Shown: one piece after another, positions 7,622 to 18,008 of the stretch | Numbering within the stretch: position 1 is the stretch's first letter | Layout: every line of letters starts with the position of its first letter | Assembly: GCA_949293325.1 (NCBI GenBank) | Contig: CASFCZ010000058.1 | Span: forward strand, 12,817-76,816 | Direction: 5' to 3' | From: an uncultured Eubacteriales bacterium | GTDB taxonomy: Bacteria > Bacillota > Clostridia > Lachnospirales > CAG-274 | DNA: 64,000 nt | Position numbers and translations under genes: made by a program | Notes under the pieces: generated by a model | What the model saw: only the letters and a program-made list of their open reading frames with translations | Database searches by the model: none | Told to the model about the DNA's origin: nothing

Positions 7622-9955
7622 TTACCATATTCCCACTCTGTCTTCCTCCGACAGGTACATTCCGTCACCTTCATTAATATCAAAGGTATCATAAAACTCA
7701 TCCATACACCTGAGTGTATAGTTAACACGCACATTTGACGGTGAATGGTTATCCCCTACCAGATAGGCAGCAAGAACCAGCCTGTTTGCACTTGACCTGA
7801 ATATAGTGGCATAGCTTATAAAAAACTCCTCATAGTCAGGATCAGCATCCACCTTTTTAAGGGCATCAAGGGCGCAGCGCATTCCACCGATATCCGCTAT
7901 ATTTTCATCAAGTGTATACTCACCGTTAATTTCCATACCCGTTGCCACCTCGGCACCGTCGTAATAGTCAACTACCCTCTGGCTGAGTTTTTCAAAGGCT
8001 GAATAATCCTCTGGCTTCCACCAGTCATCATAATCGCCATTTTCATCAAACTTGGCACCGTTGGTATCAAAGGCATGGCTTATTTCATGACCTATAATAC
8101 AGCCAAGGGCACCATAGTTCCAGGAGTCACTTGCCTCCAGACTGAATACAGGCTCATTAAGTATACCCGCCGGCAGTACAAAGGTATTTGACATGGGGTA
8201 ATAGGAGGCATTTACCAGATAAGGAGAAAAGTCTATCTCGTCAAAATCCATATCTCCCTGGGAAAGGGCAGCCGTAAGCTTATCATTTTCCCTGAAGATA
8301 GCATATACATTATCAATATAGGTACCTCCCTCCGCTATGCCCTTTATATCAATTTCATCCAGAGGGTCTGCGGCCCCCTCCTTCATACCGATTATAATAT
8401 CCATATTGTCAAGCTTTTTGACTGCCTCTGCCTTTGTTTCCTCACTAAGCCAGTCCTGCTGTGATATTCTTGACTTATAAACATCTATAATGGATTGAGC
8501 TATATTCCTGACTGCCTCCTCCTTTTCAGGGGTCATATTATTTTCATAATATATCCTGCCAAGGAATGATGACATAACCGTAGCTGTAGTATTAAAGGCA
8601 TCGGAGGTGATATCCGTCTGGGGATCATAACCGTTTACCAGTTCCGTAAGGTCATCATAGGCTTCCATAAAGTCACTGCCCAGCATAGTTGAATAAATTG
8701 CAAGGAGAGAAATCTCCGAAAGGTTCTTTAAAAGCTGTGTATGCTTACCGTCAAAAAGTGCGGCATAATACTTAAGGGCATCAGGGTCTGCTACCACTAT
8801 ATCACCGCTGACATCAATACCATGAAGATCCGCTATAGCCTGGAGATCCAGAGTTCCGAAAAGGCTCTGAAGCTCATCTAATGTGTAGTAGTTATAGGCA
8901 TCCTCTATATCGGTATATTCATCCTCAGCCCTTGTATGTTTAGCAAGCTCCACCTCAAAGTCCAGTACGGAATTTGCCTTTTCAAGGGCGGTTTTTTCGT
9001 CATTGCCTCCAAGAGTAAAGAAGGTCACCAGAACGTCCCTGTAGGCATCAAGTCTGTCCTTATCTGTATATTCATCCTTTTGCAGGGTAATGCTGTAGGA
9101 GTCCAGTACAGGAAGATAACGGCTGCTGTCTGCATAGTCCACAGCCATAGAGTAGCCTGCAAGAATATCAATGGTAGTTTCCTTCGCCATATTAAGGGCA
9201 AAGGTCATAAGCTCCTTATCGGTATCAACTGCCCTCAGCTTTTCAAGGTAAGGCATAATAGGTTCTGCTCCAAGCTCATTCCTTGTTTCCTCATCGGCAG
9301 CAGTAAGATAAAAGTCCCTTATTTTCTGTTGAGGACTGCCCTCAGGCTGTTCCTGTGCCACTATGTCTGAAAGCATATCCACCAGCTCATAGCCTATTAC
9401 ATCATTCATATCCTGAAAAACGGAGGCTTCGGAAAGACCGGGAGCTATCTCTCCATCCCGCAGAAAGTCATAGTTAATATATGAATAAAAATCATCCTTA
9501 TAATTTGTACCAAAAAGCCTGTACATTCTGGCAAACATGGTATCAGCATAGTCATCATCAATATACTCATTGCTGCCCAGTTCACCTGATGGCTCACTGA
9601 GAACCCCTGCCTGAGAAAGCCGTGAAATATCACCTGTTGACCACTGGGGCAGGTCAGTATAATCCGCCTCCTGAGGAGCCGTCCTGAGAAGATCACCACT
9701 CAGAGCCGGAAGAGTGCCAAAGGCACGGCTTATCATTGCAAGTGCCTCGACCTTTGTAATAGGGGCATTTGAGGTATCGTAGCTACCGTTACCCTTAAAG
9801 AAATCCCCTATCTCAACCCCTTCATTATAATCCTGTGCCGCTGTAAGGAGTTTTTGGGCAAACTCCCCCTTTGTAAGTTCTTCCCCTGCATAGGCAGGTA
9901 TAAAAGAAGCGGTTGAAACAACCGCTGTTAAAAGCAAAGCTATAAATTTTTTCAT
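7622..9955 (-). CDS. secreted M13-family zinc metallopeptidase (PepO/neprilysin-like) with an N-terminal SLH-like module
   Basis: Signal peptide MKKFIALLLTAVVSTASFIPAYA. HEISHAFD zinc motif, ENIADIGG, and C-terminal NVRVN...W. Paralog of 35558-37891, also 777 aa. Confidence 0.85.
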   Translation of the reverse strand: MKKFIALLLTAVVSTASFIPAYAGEELTKGEFAQKLLTAAQDYNEGVEIGDFFKGNGSYDTSNAPITKVEALAMISRAFGTLPALSGDLLRTAPQEADYTDLPQWSTGDISRLSQAGVLSEPSGELGSNEYIDDDYADTMFARMYRLFGTNYKDDFYSYINYDFLRDGEIAPGLSEASVFQDMNDVIGYELVDMLSDIVAQEQPEGSPQQKIRDFYLTAADEETRNELGAEPIMPYLEKLRAVDTDKELMTFALNMAKETTIDILAGYSMAVDYADSSRYLPVLDSYSITLQKDEYTDKDRLDAYRDVLVTFFTLGGNDEKTALEKANSVLDFEVELAKHTRAEDEYTDIEDAYNYYTLDELQSLFGTLDLQAIADLHGIDVSGDIVVADPDALKYYAALFDGKHTQLLKNLSEISLLAIYSTMLGSDFMEAYDDLTELVNGYDPQTDITSDAFNTTATVMSSFLGRIYYENNMTPEKEEAVRNIAQSIIDVYKSRISQQDWLSEETKAEAVKKLDNMDIIIGMKEGAADPLDEIDIKGIAEGGTYIDNVYAIFRENDKLTAALSQGDMDFDEIDFSPYLVNASYYPMSNTFVLPAGILNEPVFSLEASDSWNYGALGCIIGHEISHAFDTNGAKFDENGDYDDWWKPEDYSAFEKLSQRVVDYYDGAEVATGMEINGEYTLDENIADIGGMRCALDALKKVDADPDYEEFFISYATIFRSSANRLVLAAYLVGDNHSPSNVRVNYTLRCMDEFYDTFDINEGDGMYLSEEDRVGIW

Positions 9956-9971
9956 ATCAAACTCCTTTAAA

Positions 9972-10961
9972 CTAAGGCGACATTGCCCTGATCTGTTCTA
10001 CCGCCTCACTGCATTGGGGGTAGTTGTCATATATATCGTATGCAGCCTCTCTGAAAAGATTCATCTCATCCTCATCTGGCTGAATAAGGGTTACCCCCTT
10101 ATCCTCTAAAGTAGGCATAATCTCCGCCAGGGACTCATCCCAGAAAGAGCGGGAAACCCTTTCAGTTTCAAGAGCACACTTTTTAAGTATGTTATAGTCC
10201 TCCTCACCAAGCTTATCCTTTAAATCAGAACAGGCTATAATAAGGGAAGGAGCATAACTATGATAATTAAGGGTATAATAGGGTGCAACCACATCATTTG
10301 CAAAGAAGTCATAGGAAATAATATCATTTTCCGCACCGTCTATACTGCCATCTGCAACGGATGTATACACCGACGACAGATCCACGGTGGTTATCTTTGC
10401 ACCATAGGAACGGAGAAGATCCGTCATAACATCAGAAATAGGGATTCTGTAGGTCTTACCCTCCATATCCTCCGGGGAATGAACAGGCTCATCGGAATAA
10501 AAACAGCGGGCACCGTTTTCCACCCAGGCAAGCCCCTCATATCCCTCTGTATCGGCAAGGAGTTGTCTGCCATAATCGGAGGTGACATAAGCCCACATAT
10601 GTTCCCTGCTGTCAAAGACATATGGCAGGGTAATTGAAATGAATTGAGGGCTGTACTCTGACAGTGTAACGGAACTGACACGTGCCAGATCCAGCTCACC
10701 GTTACGTACCTGGGCAATAGCCGAGTTTTCCGAGCCCTCTTCCCCTGCTGCAATTACCTTTATATTAACCCTTCCTTCAGTGGCTGAATATACCCTGTCA
10801 CTAAAGTCCATCATTGCCTGTGTAACGGGATGACCTGCCACATGGGTTTCAGCAAGGGTAAGCTGTACCTGTTGTACCTGTGGTTCAGGCTGTGTCTGGG
10901 TACAGGCAGTAAGGAATAAAACGGGGAAAAGAATCTTAAGTCTTTTAAGCAAATCCTTCAA
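9972..10961 (-). CDS. TRAP-transporter substrate-binding lipoprotein (DctP family); no DctQ/DctM partner nearby
   Basis: Lipobox LFLTAC. DctP-like pattern (RVNIKVIAAG..GSE, GELDLARVS, LPYVFDS, MEGKTYRIP, SIDGAEN). Confidence 0.7.
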   Translation of the reverse strand: MKDLLKRLKILFPVLFLTACTQTQPEPQVQQVQLTLAETHVAGHPVTQAMMDFSDRVYSATEGRVNIKVIAAGEEGSENSAIAQVRNGELDLARVSSVTLSEYSPQFISITLPYVFDSREHMWAYVTSDYGRQLLADTEGYEGLAWVENGARCFYSDEPVHSPEDMEGKTYRIPISDVMTDLLRSYGAKITTVDLSSVYTSVADGSIDGAENDIISYDFFANDVVAPYYTLNYHSYAPSLIIACSDLKDKLGEEDYNILKKCALETERVSRSFWDESLAEIMPTLEDKGVTLIQPDEDEMNLFREAAYDIYDNYPQCSEAVEQIRAMSP

Positions 10962-10975
10962 AAGAGCTACCCCCT

Positions 10976-11998
10976 TTAGGTTCTCTTTCTATAAACAAAA
11001 AGCATAAGAAGCAAAACAATAAAAAAGAAAAATACTATAAGTGTCGCCCTTATATCCTGTATGGCAATAAGCACCGCTATAACGGCACTGACTGCACTTA
11101 GACCGTAAAGGATAATAACTGCCTGCTTGTTGCTGTAGCCTGCATCCACCAGTCTGTGGTGAAGATGACCCCTGTCTGCCATCATAATGGGCTTGTGATT
11201 AACAGCCCTCCTTATCATTGCAAAAAGGGTATCACATATAGGCAGGGCCATAGCAAGGACCGCCAGGACTATGGAGAGTATGGCATAGCTCTTGAATACG
11301 CCCATACAGGAGCATACTGCCAGTACGTAGCCCAGGAAGGTTGAGCCTGTATCACCCATATACACTTCAGCAGGGCTGAAGTTACGTGGAAGAAAGCCAA
11401 GGCATGAGCCTGCCAGGGTAGCTGTAAGCACAACTGCAAGCTCACTGCCTGATACTATGCAAAGTACCATAAGGCAGATAGAGGCTATACTTGTAACTCC
11501 CGCTGCCAGACCGTCCAGGCCGTCAATAAGGTTAACTGCATTTATAAGCCCCACTATCCAAATAACGGTAATAACCGAGGAAAAGGGCTTGATGTACTGC
11601 CACATAGGCCACATGATAAAGTCTATCTTTGTACCTGTGACAACTACTATAATACCCACAAGTATCTGTACTGCAAACTTGAACTTAGGTCCCAGCTCAT
11701 ACACATCATCAAGCATACCCACTGCCACAATAATAACCGCACCTACAAGAAAACCTATAAAGGGCAGGGTGCGAAGTCCCTCCACAAAGGGTGTCAGCAG
11801 CAGTACGGAGCACATAAAGCCAAGGACTATGGCAAGTCCGCCCATACGGGGTACAGGCTCCTTGTTCATACCCCTTGCACGGGGAAAGTCCACTGCATGA
11901 AACCTGATTGCAAGGCTCCTTGCAAAGGGTGTGGTAAGCAGTGCAACAGCAAAGGCAATAGCAAAGGCCGCCATATATAATAACCAGTTGTGTGCCAT
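10976..11998 (-). CDS. tagO: undecaprenyl-phosphate GlcNAc-1-phosphate transferase (MraY/WecA/TagO family)
   Basis: ATG at 11998 with GGAGG 8 nt upstream. Polytopic membrane protein with motifs MLDDVYEL, NLIDGLDGLA and MGDTGS. Confidence 0.8.
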   Translation of the reverse strand: MAHNWLLYMAAFAIAFAVALLTTPFARSLAIRFHAVDFPRARGMNKEPVPRMGGLAIVLGFMCSVLLLTPFVEGLRTLPFIGFLVGAVIIVAVGMLDDVYELGPKFKFAVQILVGIIVVVTGTKIDFIMWPMWQYIKPFSSVITVIWIVGLINAVNLIDGLDGLAAGVTSIASICLMVLCIVSGSELAVVLTATLAGSCLGFLPRNFSPAEVYMGDTGSTFLGYVLAVCSCMGVFKSYAILSIVLAVLAMALPICDTLFAMIRRAVNHKPIMMADRGHLHHRLVDAGYSNKQAVIILYGLSAVSAVIAVLIAIQDIRATLIVFFFFIVLLLMLFVYRKRT

Positions 11999-12037
11999 AA
12001 GTGTAACCTCCGCTTCAGGCACAGGGCAAAGCCTGCT

Positions 12038-12664
12038 TTATTTTGTACCGAATATCCTGTCGCCGGCGTCGCCTAAACCGGGAACAATATAGCCCTCATC
12101 ATTGAGAACCCTGTCAAGTGCAGCTGTATAAACATCCACATCGGGATGATCTGCCTGGATACGCTTTACACCCTCAGGTGTAGCAATAAGGCAGATATAC
12201 TTGATATTTTTAAAGCCCCTCTCCTTAATGAACTGAATTGCAGCAGAGGCAGAACCACCTGTTGCAAGCATTGGATCAAGGACTATTATTTCCATATTTT
12301 CATCGCTCTTAGGGAGCTTACAGAAGTATTCAATAGGCTGGAAGGTAGCGGGGTCTCTGTAAAGACCGATATGACCCACCTTTGCATTTGGTATAAGCTT
12401 GATAATGGCATCCACCATACCTATACCTGCACGAAGGATAGGCACCAGACCTATCTCACTTTCAAGGACATTACAGTCCGCTGTACCAAGGGGAGTTTCC
12501 ACCTTAGCCTGCTTAAGGGGCAGTGACTTTGTAGCCTCATAGCATATAAGGGATGCAACCTCACCTACAACCTCACGAAACTCTTTACTGTTGGTATTTT
12601 TGTTCCTGAGCAGAGCCATTTTGTTCTGCACAAGGGGATGGTCAATAATATACAAGTTGCTCAT
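12038..12664 (-). CDS. upp: uracil phosphoribosyltransferase
   Basis: Motifs [23 protein letters not shown] and [14 protein letters not shown] at 12664 lies 5 nt after the rpiB stop, with AGGAGG upstream. Confidence 0.95.
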   Translation of the reverse strand: MSNLYIIDHPLVQNKMALLRNKNTNSKEFREVVGEVASLICYEATKSLPLKQAKVETPLGTADCNVLESEIGLVPILRAGIGMVDAIIKLIPNAKVGHIGLYRDPATFQPIEYFCKLPKSDENMEIIVLDPMLATGGSASAAIQFIKERGFKNIKYICLIATPEGVKRIQADHPDVDVYTAALDRVLNDEGYIVPGLGDAGDRIFGTK

Positions 12665-12669
12665 AAAAA

Positions 12670-13101
12670 TCACTCCTCCTCTATCATTCTGATACGTCTT
12701 AAATGTCTTTCATCACCTGAAAAATCCGTTCCAAGCCATGCCTTGACAACCTCAATGGCAGGACCTGGACCGATAACCCTGCCGCCCATAGCAAGGATAT
12801 TGGAGTCGTTATGCTCTCTTGTTGCCTTGGCGGAAAATACATCATGGCAGAGGGCACAGCGTATGCCCTTTACCTTATTTGCCGCTATGGATATGCCTAT
12901 GCCTGTACCACAGATAAGTATGCCCTTTTCGCACTCACCTGATGCCACTGCATTGGCCACCAGCTTGGCATACACGGGATAGTCAACGGAATCACTTGTG
13001 TATGTACCGAAATCCTTATATTCTATCCCCTCTTTTTTAAGATAATCAATAATTACATTTTTCAAATCAAGACCGCCATGGTCGCATCCAAGACCTATCA
13101 T
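12670..13101 (-). CDS. rpiB: ribose-5-phosphate isomerase B
   Basis: Motifs GCDHGG and [17 protein letters not shown] at 13101 with AGGAG 8 nt upstream; the alternative GTG at 13110 overlaps the upstream stop. Confidence 0.9.
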   Translation of the reverse strand: MIGLGCDHGGLDLKNVIIDYLKKEGIEYKDFGTYTSDSVDYPVYAKLVANAVASGECEKGILICGTGIGISIAANKVKGIRCALCHDVFSAKATREHNDSNILAMGGRVIGPGPAIEVVKAWLGTDFSGDERHLRRIRMIEEE

Positions 13102-13106
13102 AACTA

Positions 13107-13535
13107 TCACTCCTGTATATCTATGGCATTGATACAGCCATATATTTTTTCAAAACAAGCCTCATACTCCTCTTTACCCAGCATATAGGGGTCGGGAATA
13201 TCTCCATCCTTACCTGCATACTCACAGAGGGTATGAACCTTATAACCGAATTGGGGAAGGGCATCTGTTATAATGCTCCTGTGCTGACCTGTCATGGTAA
13301 GCACCAGGTCCGCCTCTGCCACCTCATTGGCAGTAAGACCTGCTGATATATGGTCATCTCCCTCAAAGCCATGTTCCTTAAGAACCTGAGCCGCATTGGC
13401 ACTTATATGTGCGCCACCCGGACCAAGGCCTCTGGAAATAACCTGTGCCTTACCCTCCCACAGCTTCTTTGCTATTGCCTCAGCCATGGGACTTCTACAG
13501 GTATTGCCTGTACATACAAAAATTACCTTCTTCAT
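13107..13535 (-). CDS. ywlE: low-molecular-weight protein phosphatase (YwlE-type arginine/tyrosine phosphatase)
   Basis: P-loop VCTGNTCRSPMAE and a DP motif. Synteny tsaC-ywlE-rpiB-upp as in B. subtilis. Confidence 0.85.
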   Translation of the reverse strand: MKKVIFVCTGNTCRSPMAEAIAKKLWEGKAQVISRGLGPGGAHISANAAQVLKEHGFEGDDHISAGLTANEVAEADLVLTMTGQHRSIITDALPQFGYKVHTLCEYAGKDGDIPDPYMLGKEEYEACFEKIYGCINAIDIQE

Positions 13536-13557
13536 TTTATATCATGCTCCAATCATA

Positions 13558-14622
13558 TTACAGCACAACAATGTCATATCCTGCCGCCTTTTTCAACCTG
13601 TTCATAATAGCCATCCCCAGCTCGTCCTCGTCAAAGTATTCCACATATACCCGTTCAAAGCCAAGGTAGTCACACTTACGCAGCATTTTAAAAAGGTTGG
13701 CGGCTATTGTTTCGGGATGATCCCTGTCGCCGATAATAAGGACATTATGTCCACTGTAGCTGTCCTTAGTCTGGACAGTAGCTATAATGCCCACATTACA
13801 GCCCTCTGCCTTGCCCTTGTCAGCCTGTTCAATTATATATTTTTCCACCATATCAAGACTGCCCTTGACTATGGTAATATGTGCCTTAGGGGAATAGTGG
13901 GTATATTTCATACCAGGAGCCTTTGGCTTTTCCCCCTCCTTAAGGGCGGAAACAACAGCCTTGTCAACTGTCATATCACCGATAAGCTCCTTCATCATAC
14001 CAAGGGTAACTGCCCCAGGTCTTAAAAGACATGGAGGCTCACAGGTAGTATCCACTATAGTGGACTCAAGCCCGAACTCACAGCTGCCTCCATCAATTAT
14101 CATATCTATCCTGCCTGTCATATCATAGGCAACATGGGATGCCCTTGTAGGGCTGGGTTTTCCTGAAGTGTTGGCACTGGGTGCTGCTATAGGCACACCG
14201 CAGGCGGAAATAAACTCCTTTGCCACCTTATTTTCGGGAAATCTTATGGCAACTGTATCCAGTCCCCCCGATGTTTCCGAGGGAATGATAGGCTTCTTTT
14301 TAAATATAAGGGTAAGGGGTCCCGGCCAAAAAGCGTCCATAAGAGCCTTTGCCTTTGGGGATACCTCCTCCACCAGTGGATAAAGCTCATCTATATGGGA
14401 TATATGGACAATAAGGGGATTATCCGATGGTCGTCCCTTAGCCGCATATATCTTCTTTGCCGCCTCTCCGTCAAGGGCATTGCCCCCAAGACCGTAAACG
14501 GTTTCTGTCGGAAAAGCCACAAGGCCGCCGTTTTTTATTATATCAGCAGCCTTAGCTATTATATCTTTATTTAATGTAGGATTTTCCGGATCAACCTTAG
14601 CTATAAAAGTATCCAAAATCAC
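13558..14622 (-). CDS. tsaC: L-threonylcarbamoyladenylate synthase (Sua5/YwlC type)
   Basis: YrdC motifs [12 protein letters not shown] and [12 protein letters not shown], plus a C-terminal Sua5 domain. Start is uncertain: GTG at 14622 overlaps the upstream stop (GTGA); the ORF track starts at 14637. Confidence 0.85.
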   Translation of the reverse strand: MILDTFIAKVDPENPTLNKDIIAKAADIIKNGGLVAFPTETVYGLGGNALDGEAAKKIYAAKGRPSDNPLIVHISHIDELYPLVEEVSPKAKALMDAFWPGPLTLIFKKKPIIPSETSGGLDTVAIRFPENKVAKEFISACGVPIAAPSANTSGKPSPTRASHVAYDMTGRIDMIIDGGSCEFGLESTIVDTTCEPPCLLRPGAVTLGMMKELIGDMTVDKAVVSALKEGEKPKAPGMKYTHYSPKAHITIVKGSLDMVEKYIIEQADKGKAEGCNVGIIATVQTKDSYSGHNVLIIGDRDHPETIAANLFKMLRKCDYLGFERVYVEYFDEDELGMAIMNRLKKAAGYDIVVL

Positions 14623-15119
14623 TTCGCCCCACAGCAATGCTTATACTTCTTACCGCTGCCGCAAGGACATGGATCATTTCTGCCCACCTTATGCTCCTTA
14701 ACGATAGTGGTTGACTTTTTCTGCTCCTTATAAAGGTTCTTAAGCTCCTCCTCGCTGAAGATATTGCTCCACTGAGGAAGGCTGTAAAGATGATCTGCCT
14801 TATACTCAACCATCTTCTTGTAAAGATCAGCAAAGTCGATCTTGATAGTTACTTCTGTATCCTCATCCATCTTTTCAAGATCAATCTGAGGATCCTGGGT
14901 ATCATTGATACCGTCCACAAAGCCAAGGATATATACAGGGTTCATATTGAACTTTTCTGCAAGCTCCTTAACGGTACCCTTAAGCTCTGTAACCTTTTCT
15001 GTAAGGATATACTCGTATATCTTCTGCTCCTTTGGAAGGTAGTCATTCCAGAGTCTGTCATTAATCCTGCCGTCACGATTGTACGCAGTGCCGAACCACT
15101 GCTCATATAAAGTAGCCAT
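14619..15119 (-). CDS. SEC-C motif domain protein
   Basis: C-terminal zinc motif [16 protein letters not shown]. The rest is unassigned. Confidence 0.7.
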   Translation of the reverse strand: MATLYEQWFGTAYNRDGRINDRLWNDYLPKEQKIYEYILTEKVTELKGTVKELAEKFNMNPVYILGFVDGINDTQDPQIDLEKMDEDTEVTIKIDFADLYKKMVEYKADHLYSLPQWSNIFSEEELKNLYKEQKKSTTIVKEHKVGRNDPCPCGSGKKYKHCCGAK

Positions 15120-15200
15120 TACGCTAACCTCCTATATATACTATATCTTATTTATTTTACACTAAAACAGGCAGCTTGTCCAGCATAAATTAAGCGTTCC

Positions 15201-16568
15201 CTATATAACCTGTGCAAGGTGCAGAAGCTCCTCAACTGAGCCTGCTCCCAATATTCTGATACCCTTGACACGGGATGCCTCCTTAAGGTTTGCCTTAGGA
15301 AGGATACAGCTTGTAAAGCCCAGCTTTGCAGCCTCACTTACACGCTTTTGTGCCATAGCCACTGCCCTCAGCTCACCGGTAAGACCAACTTCACCAAAGG
15401 CTATAAGCCCCTTATCCACAGGTCTGCCTGTATGTGCAGAGGTAATTGCAAGCATCACTGCCGCATCCAGGGAAGGCTCAGCTATCCTTATGCCTCCCGT
15501 CAGGTTTACATACACATCATAACTGGCAAGCTGAATATTTGCTCTCTTTTCCAATACGGCTATAAGGAGTACCACCCTGTTATAGTCCATACCCGTTGCC
15601 ATACGGCGGGGTATACCAAAGCTTGTATAGCTTACAAGGGACTGAACCTCTATAAGCAAAGGCCGTGTACCCTCCATACTACAGGTAACAACAGAGCCTG
15701 CCACACCCTCTGCCCTGCCTGTAAGCATAAACTCCGAGGGATTGTCTATCTCTGTAAGGCCACAGTCACCCATTTCAAATACGCCAATTTCATTGGTACT
15801 GCCGAAACGGTTTTTAACTGCACGGAGTATCCTGTAGCTGGCACGCTTGTCACCTTCAAAGTACAGCACCGTATCCACCATGTGCTCAAGCATACGGGGA
15901 CCTGCAAGGGCGCCCTCCTTGGTAACATGACCTACTATAATAACGGAAATATTGTTTCTTTTGCCTATGTGCATAATACGGGAGGTAGTTTCCCTTACCT
16001 GGGATACGGAGCCCGGTGCAGAGGGAATATCCTCAATAAACATTGTCTGTATTGAATCAATAATAACAAGGTCGGGCTTTTCCGCAGCAATAACAGCCTC
16101 TATAATGTTAAAGCTTGTTTCAGCAAGGATTGAAAGGCTGTGACCTGTTACCGAAAGCCTGTCCGCCCTGAGCTTTATCTGCTGAGGGCTTTCCTCTCCC
16201 GATACGTACAGCACCCTTTTACCGTTATCCCCAAGACTGCTGCATATCTGCAAAAGCAGTGTGGACTTACCTATACCCGGGTCACCCCCCACAAGAATAA
16301 GGGAGCCCTGGACTATGCCGCCACCCAAAACCCTGTCAAGTTCCGGCATACCTGTAGAGGTACGTTCCTCCTCCAGCGCCCTGATGGAGTCAAGGTTCTG
16401 GGGCTTAACAGCCCTTTCAAGGGAGGGTGCATTTTTCCCACGGGAGGAGGGAACCTCTATCTCCTCCTCAAAGGTGGAAAAACCACCGCAGTCGGGACAC
16501 TTTCCAAGCCATTTTGCAGTTTCGTAGCCGCATTGGTTACAAATATATTTTGTCTTGATTTTAGCCAT
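15201..16568 (-). CDS. radA: DNA repair protein RadA/Sms
   Basis: N-terminal zinc finger CNQCGYETAKWLGKCPDCG, Walker A GGDPGIGKST, KNRFG motif, and Lon-like C-terminal domain. Confidence 0.95.
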   Translation of the reverse strand: MAKIKTKYICNQCGYETAKWLGKCPDCGGFSTFEEEIEVPSSRGKNAPSLERAVKPQNLDSIRALEEERTSTGMPELDRVLGGGIVQGSLILVGGDPGIGKSTLLLQICSSLGDNGKRVLYVSGEESPQQIKLRADRLSVTGHSLSILAETSFNIIEAVIAAEKPDLVIIDSIQTMFIEDIPSAPGSVSQVRETTSRIMHIGKRNNISVIIVGHVTKEGALAGPRMLEHMVDTVLYFEGDKRASYRILRAVKNRFGSTNEIGVFEMGDCGLTEIDNPSEFMLTGRAEGVAGSVVTCSMEGTRPLLIEVQSLVSYTSFGIPRRMATGMDYNRVVLLIAVLEKRANIQLASYDVYVNLTGGIRIAEPSLDAAVMLAITSAHTGRPVDKGLIAFGEVGLTGELRAVAMAQKRVSEAAKLGFTSCILPKANLKEASRVKGIRILGAGSVEELLHLAQVI

Positions 16569-16579
16569 AATATTTATGC

Positions 16580-16990
16580 TTAATGTTTTTCTATCCTTAC
16601 ACTCTTAGGTGTGGAGTCAAGCTCCGCACTGAAATTGATTTTTCCTGCTATATTTGTCTTGATCTTACCCAGATTAACTTCCTCTACATAAATGGTATAC
16701 TCTGTTTCGCTTTCCATTTCAAGGGTGATCTGAGTATCGCCCTTTCCTTCTATATCAAAAGTGGTACAGCCTTCCTCCAGTTTTAAATTATGTACGGCTG
16801 CCCCCGGTACTGTTTCAATAAGCAGTTTTGAGTTTTTCTCAAGTCTTGTTGCCTCTTTATATGTCCTGAGTGTGTAGAGATCTCCGCCTACCTTATAGTC
16901 GTTAACCTTCTGCTTTACATCAGTCTCATAATTACCAAAACTGATTGTACCGTTGCTTTCCACTCTTATATTTTCATTAATAACTGCCAT
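16580..16990 (-). CDS. hypothetical 136-aa protein
   Basis: AGGAGGAAG RBS upstream of ATG at 16990. 11 nt from radA. No family recognised. Confidence 0.55.
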   Translation of the reverse strand: MAVINENIRVESNGTISFGNYETDVKQKVNDYKVGGDLYTLRTYKEATRLEKNSKLLIETVPGAAVHNLKLEEGCTTFDIEGKGDTQITLEMESETEYTIYVEEVNLGKIKTNIAGKINFSAELDSTPKSVRIEKH

Positions 16991-17251
16991 TTTTTCTTCC
17001 TCCTATAATAATTGCAGGTGGCTTCCTGCCTAAGCAATCTTTTAATGATGCCGTCTGCCTTTATTATAACAAAATCCATTAAATTTGTATAGCTAAAAAT
17101 TATTAAAATATCGTTACTTTCTACATAATTACCCATATATATACAAACATTTTTTTATAACAAGAATAAGCCGCCATAAAGGTCAGATTTATTTCACCAC
17201 TCCGGCAGCTTACAAACACCTGTTATTTACTTGTATTTATTACTCAGGCAA

Positions 17252-17764
17252 TTACAAATTACCGATCCATTCTTCCACCTTGTTGCGTGAAGCGGCAGCA
17301 TCTGCACCATGGACGGAAAGGCCTCTTTCCACCTCTGCACCTGTGCAGATATTTTTCAAATCCCTTTCGCTGTTGCCCATACCGCTTCCCTCATTGGTAC
17401 AAAAGGGAATAATACGTTTGCCCCTTAAGTCACAGTGTTCCAGAAATGTAAACATAACCATAGGCATTGTGCCGCACCAGTTGGGATAGCCCACAAATAT
17501 TGTATCATAACCACTTATATCATCGGGGTAAGCCCTTACCTGTGGCCGTGCATTGCTTTGGAACTCAGCCTTTGCCTCCTCAACACAATCGTAATAGCTG
17601 TCGGCATAGGGGGTAACTCTCTCAACTTCAAAGAGATCTCCTCCTGTTATATCTCCTATCATTTCCGCAACAATTTCCGTATTGCCCTTTGGCAGATACC
17701 TGATACTGCCGTTACAGTAATTTTCTCCCTTACGAGAAAAATAAACTACCAGGGTTTTATCCAT
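17252..17764 (-). CDS. flavodoxin-like protein
   Basis: ATG at 17764 with GGGAG 9 nt upstream. Segment LVVYFSRKGENY and flavodoxin-fold pattern (FVGYPNWCGTMP). Confidence 0.75.
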   Translation of the reverse strand: MDKTLVVYFSRKGENYCNGSIRYLPKGNTEIVAEMIGDITGGDLFEVERVTPYADSYYDCVEEAKAEFQSNARPQVRAYPDDISGYDTIFVGYPNWCGTMPMVMFTFLEHCDLRGKRIIPFCTNEGSGMGNSERDLKNICTGAEVERGLSVHGADAAASRNKVEEWIGNL

Positions 17765-17850
17765 TATAATCAACTCCCTTCATATTTATATTTTTAAGCT
17801 CCCGCCATGGGAAAGAAATATATTCCACTTAACTATATACGGCCGGTTAT

Positions 17851-17885
17851 AAAAAAAGTCCGACATACTTACGTACATCGGACTT
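17851..17885 (-). terminator. intrinsic terminator downstream of rplL
   Basis: Minus strand reads agtccgatgtacgtaagtatgtcggact followed by ttttttt, about 125 nt after the rplL stop. Confidence 0.75.
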
Positions 17886-18008
17886 AAATAGTCAATAATC
17901 TGACATTGATTACCCTTACCCAGGGTTATACGCCCCGGTCAGCAAAGGAGTAATCCCAAGGCAGAGGCTTTTATGCCCTGTCTTAGCTGAACTGCATAGT
18001 ATAATAAA

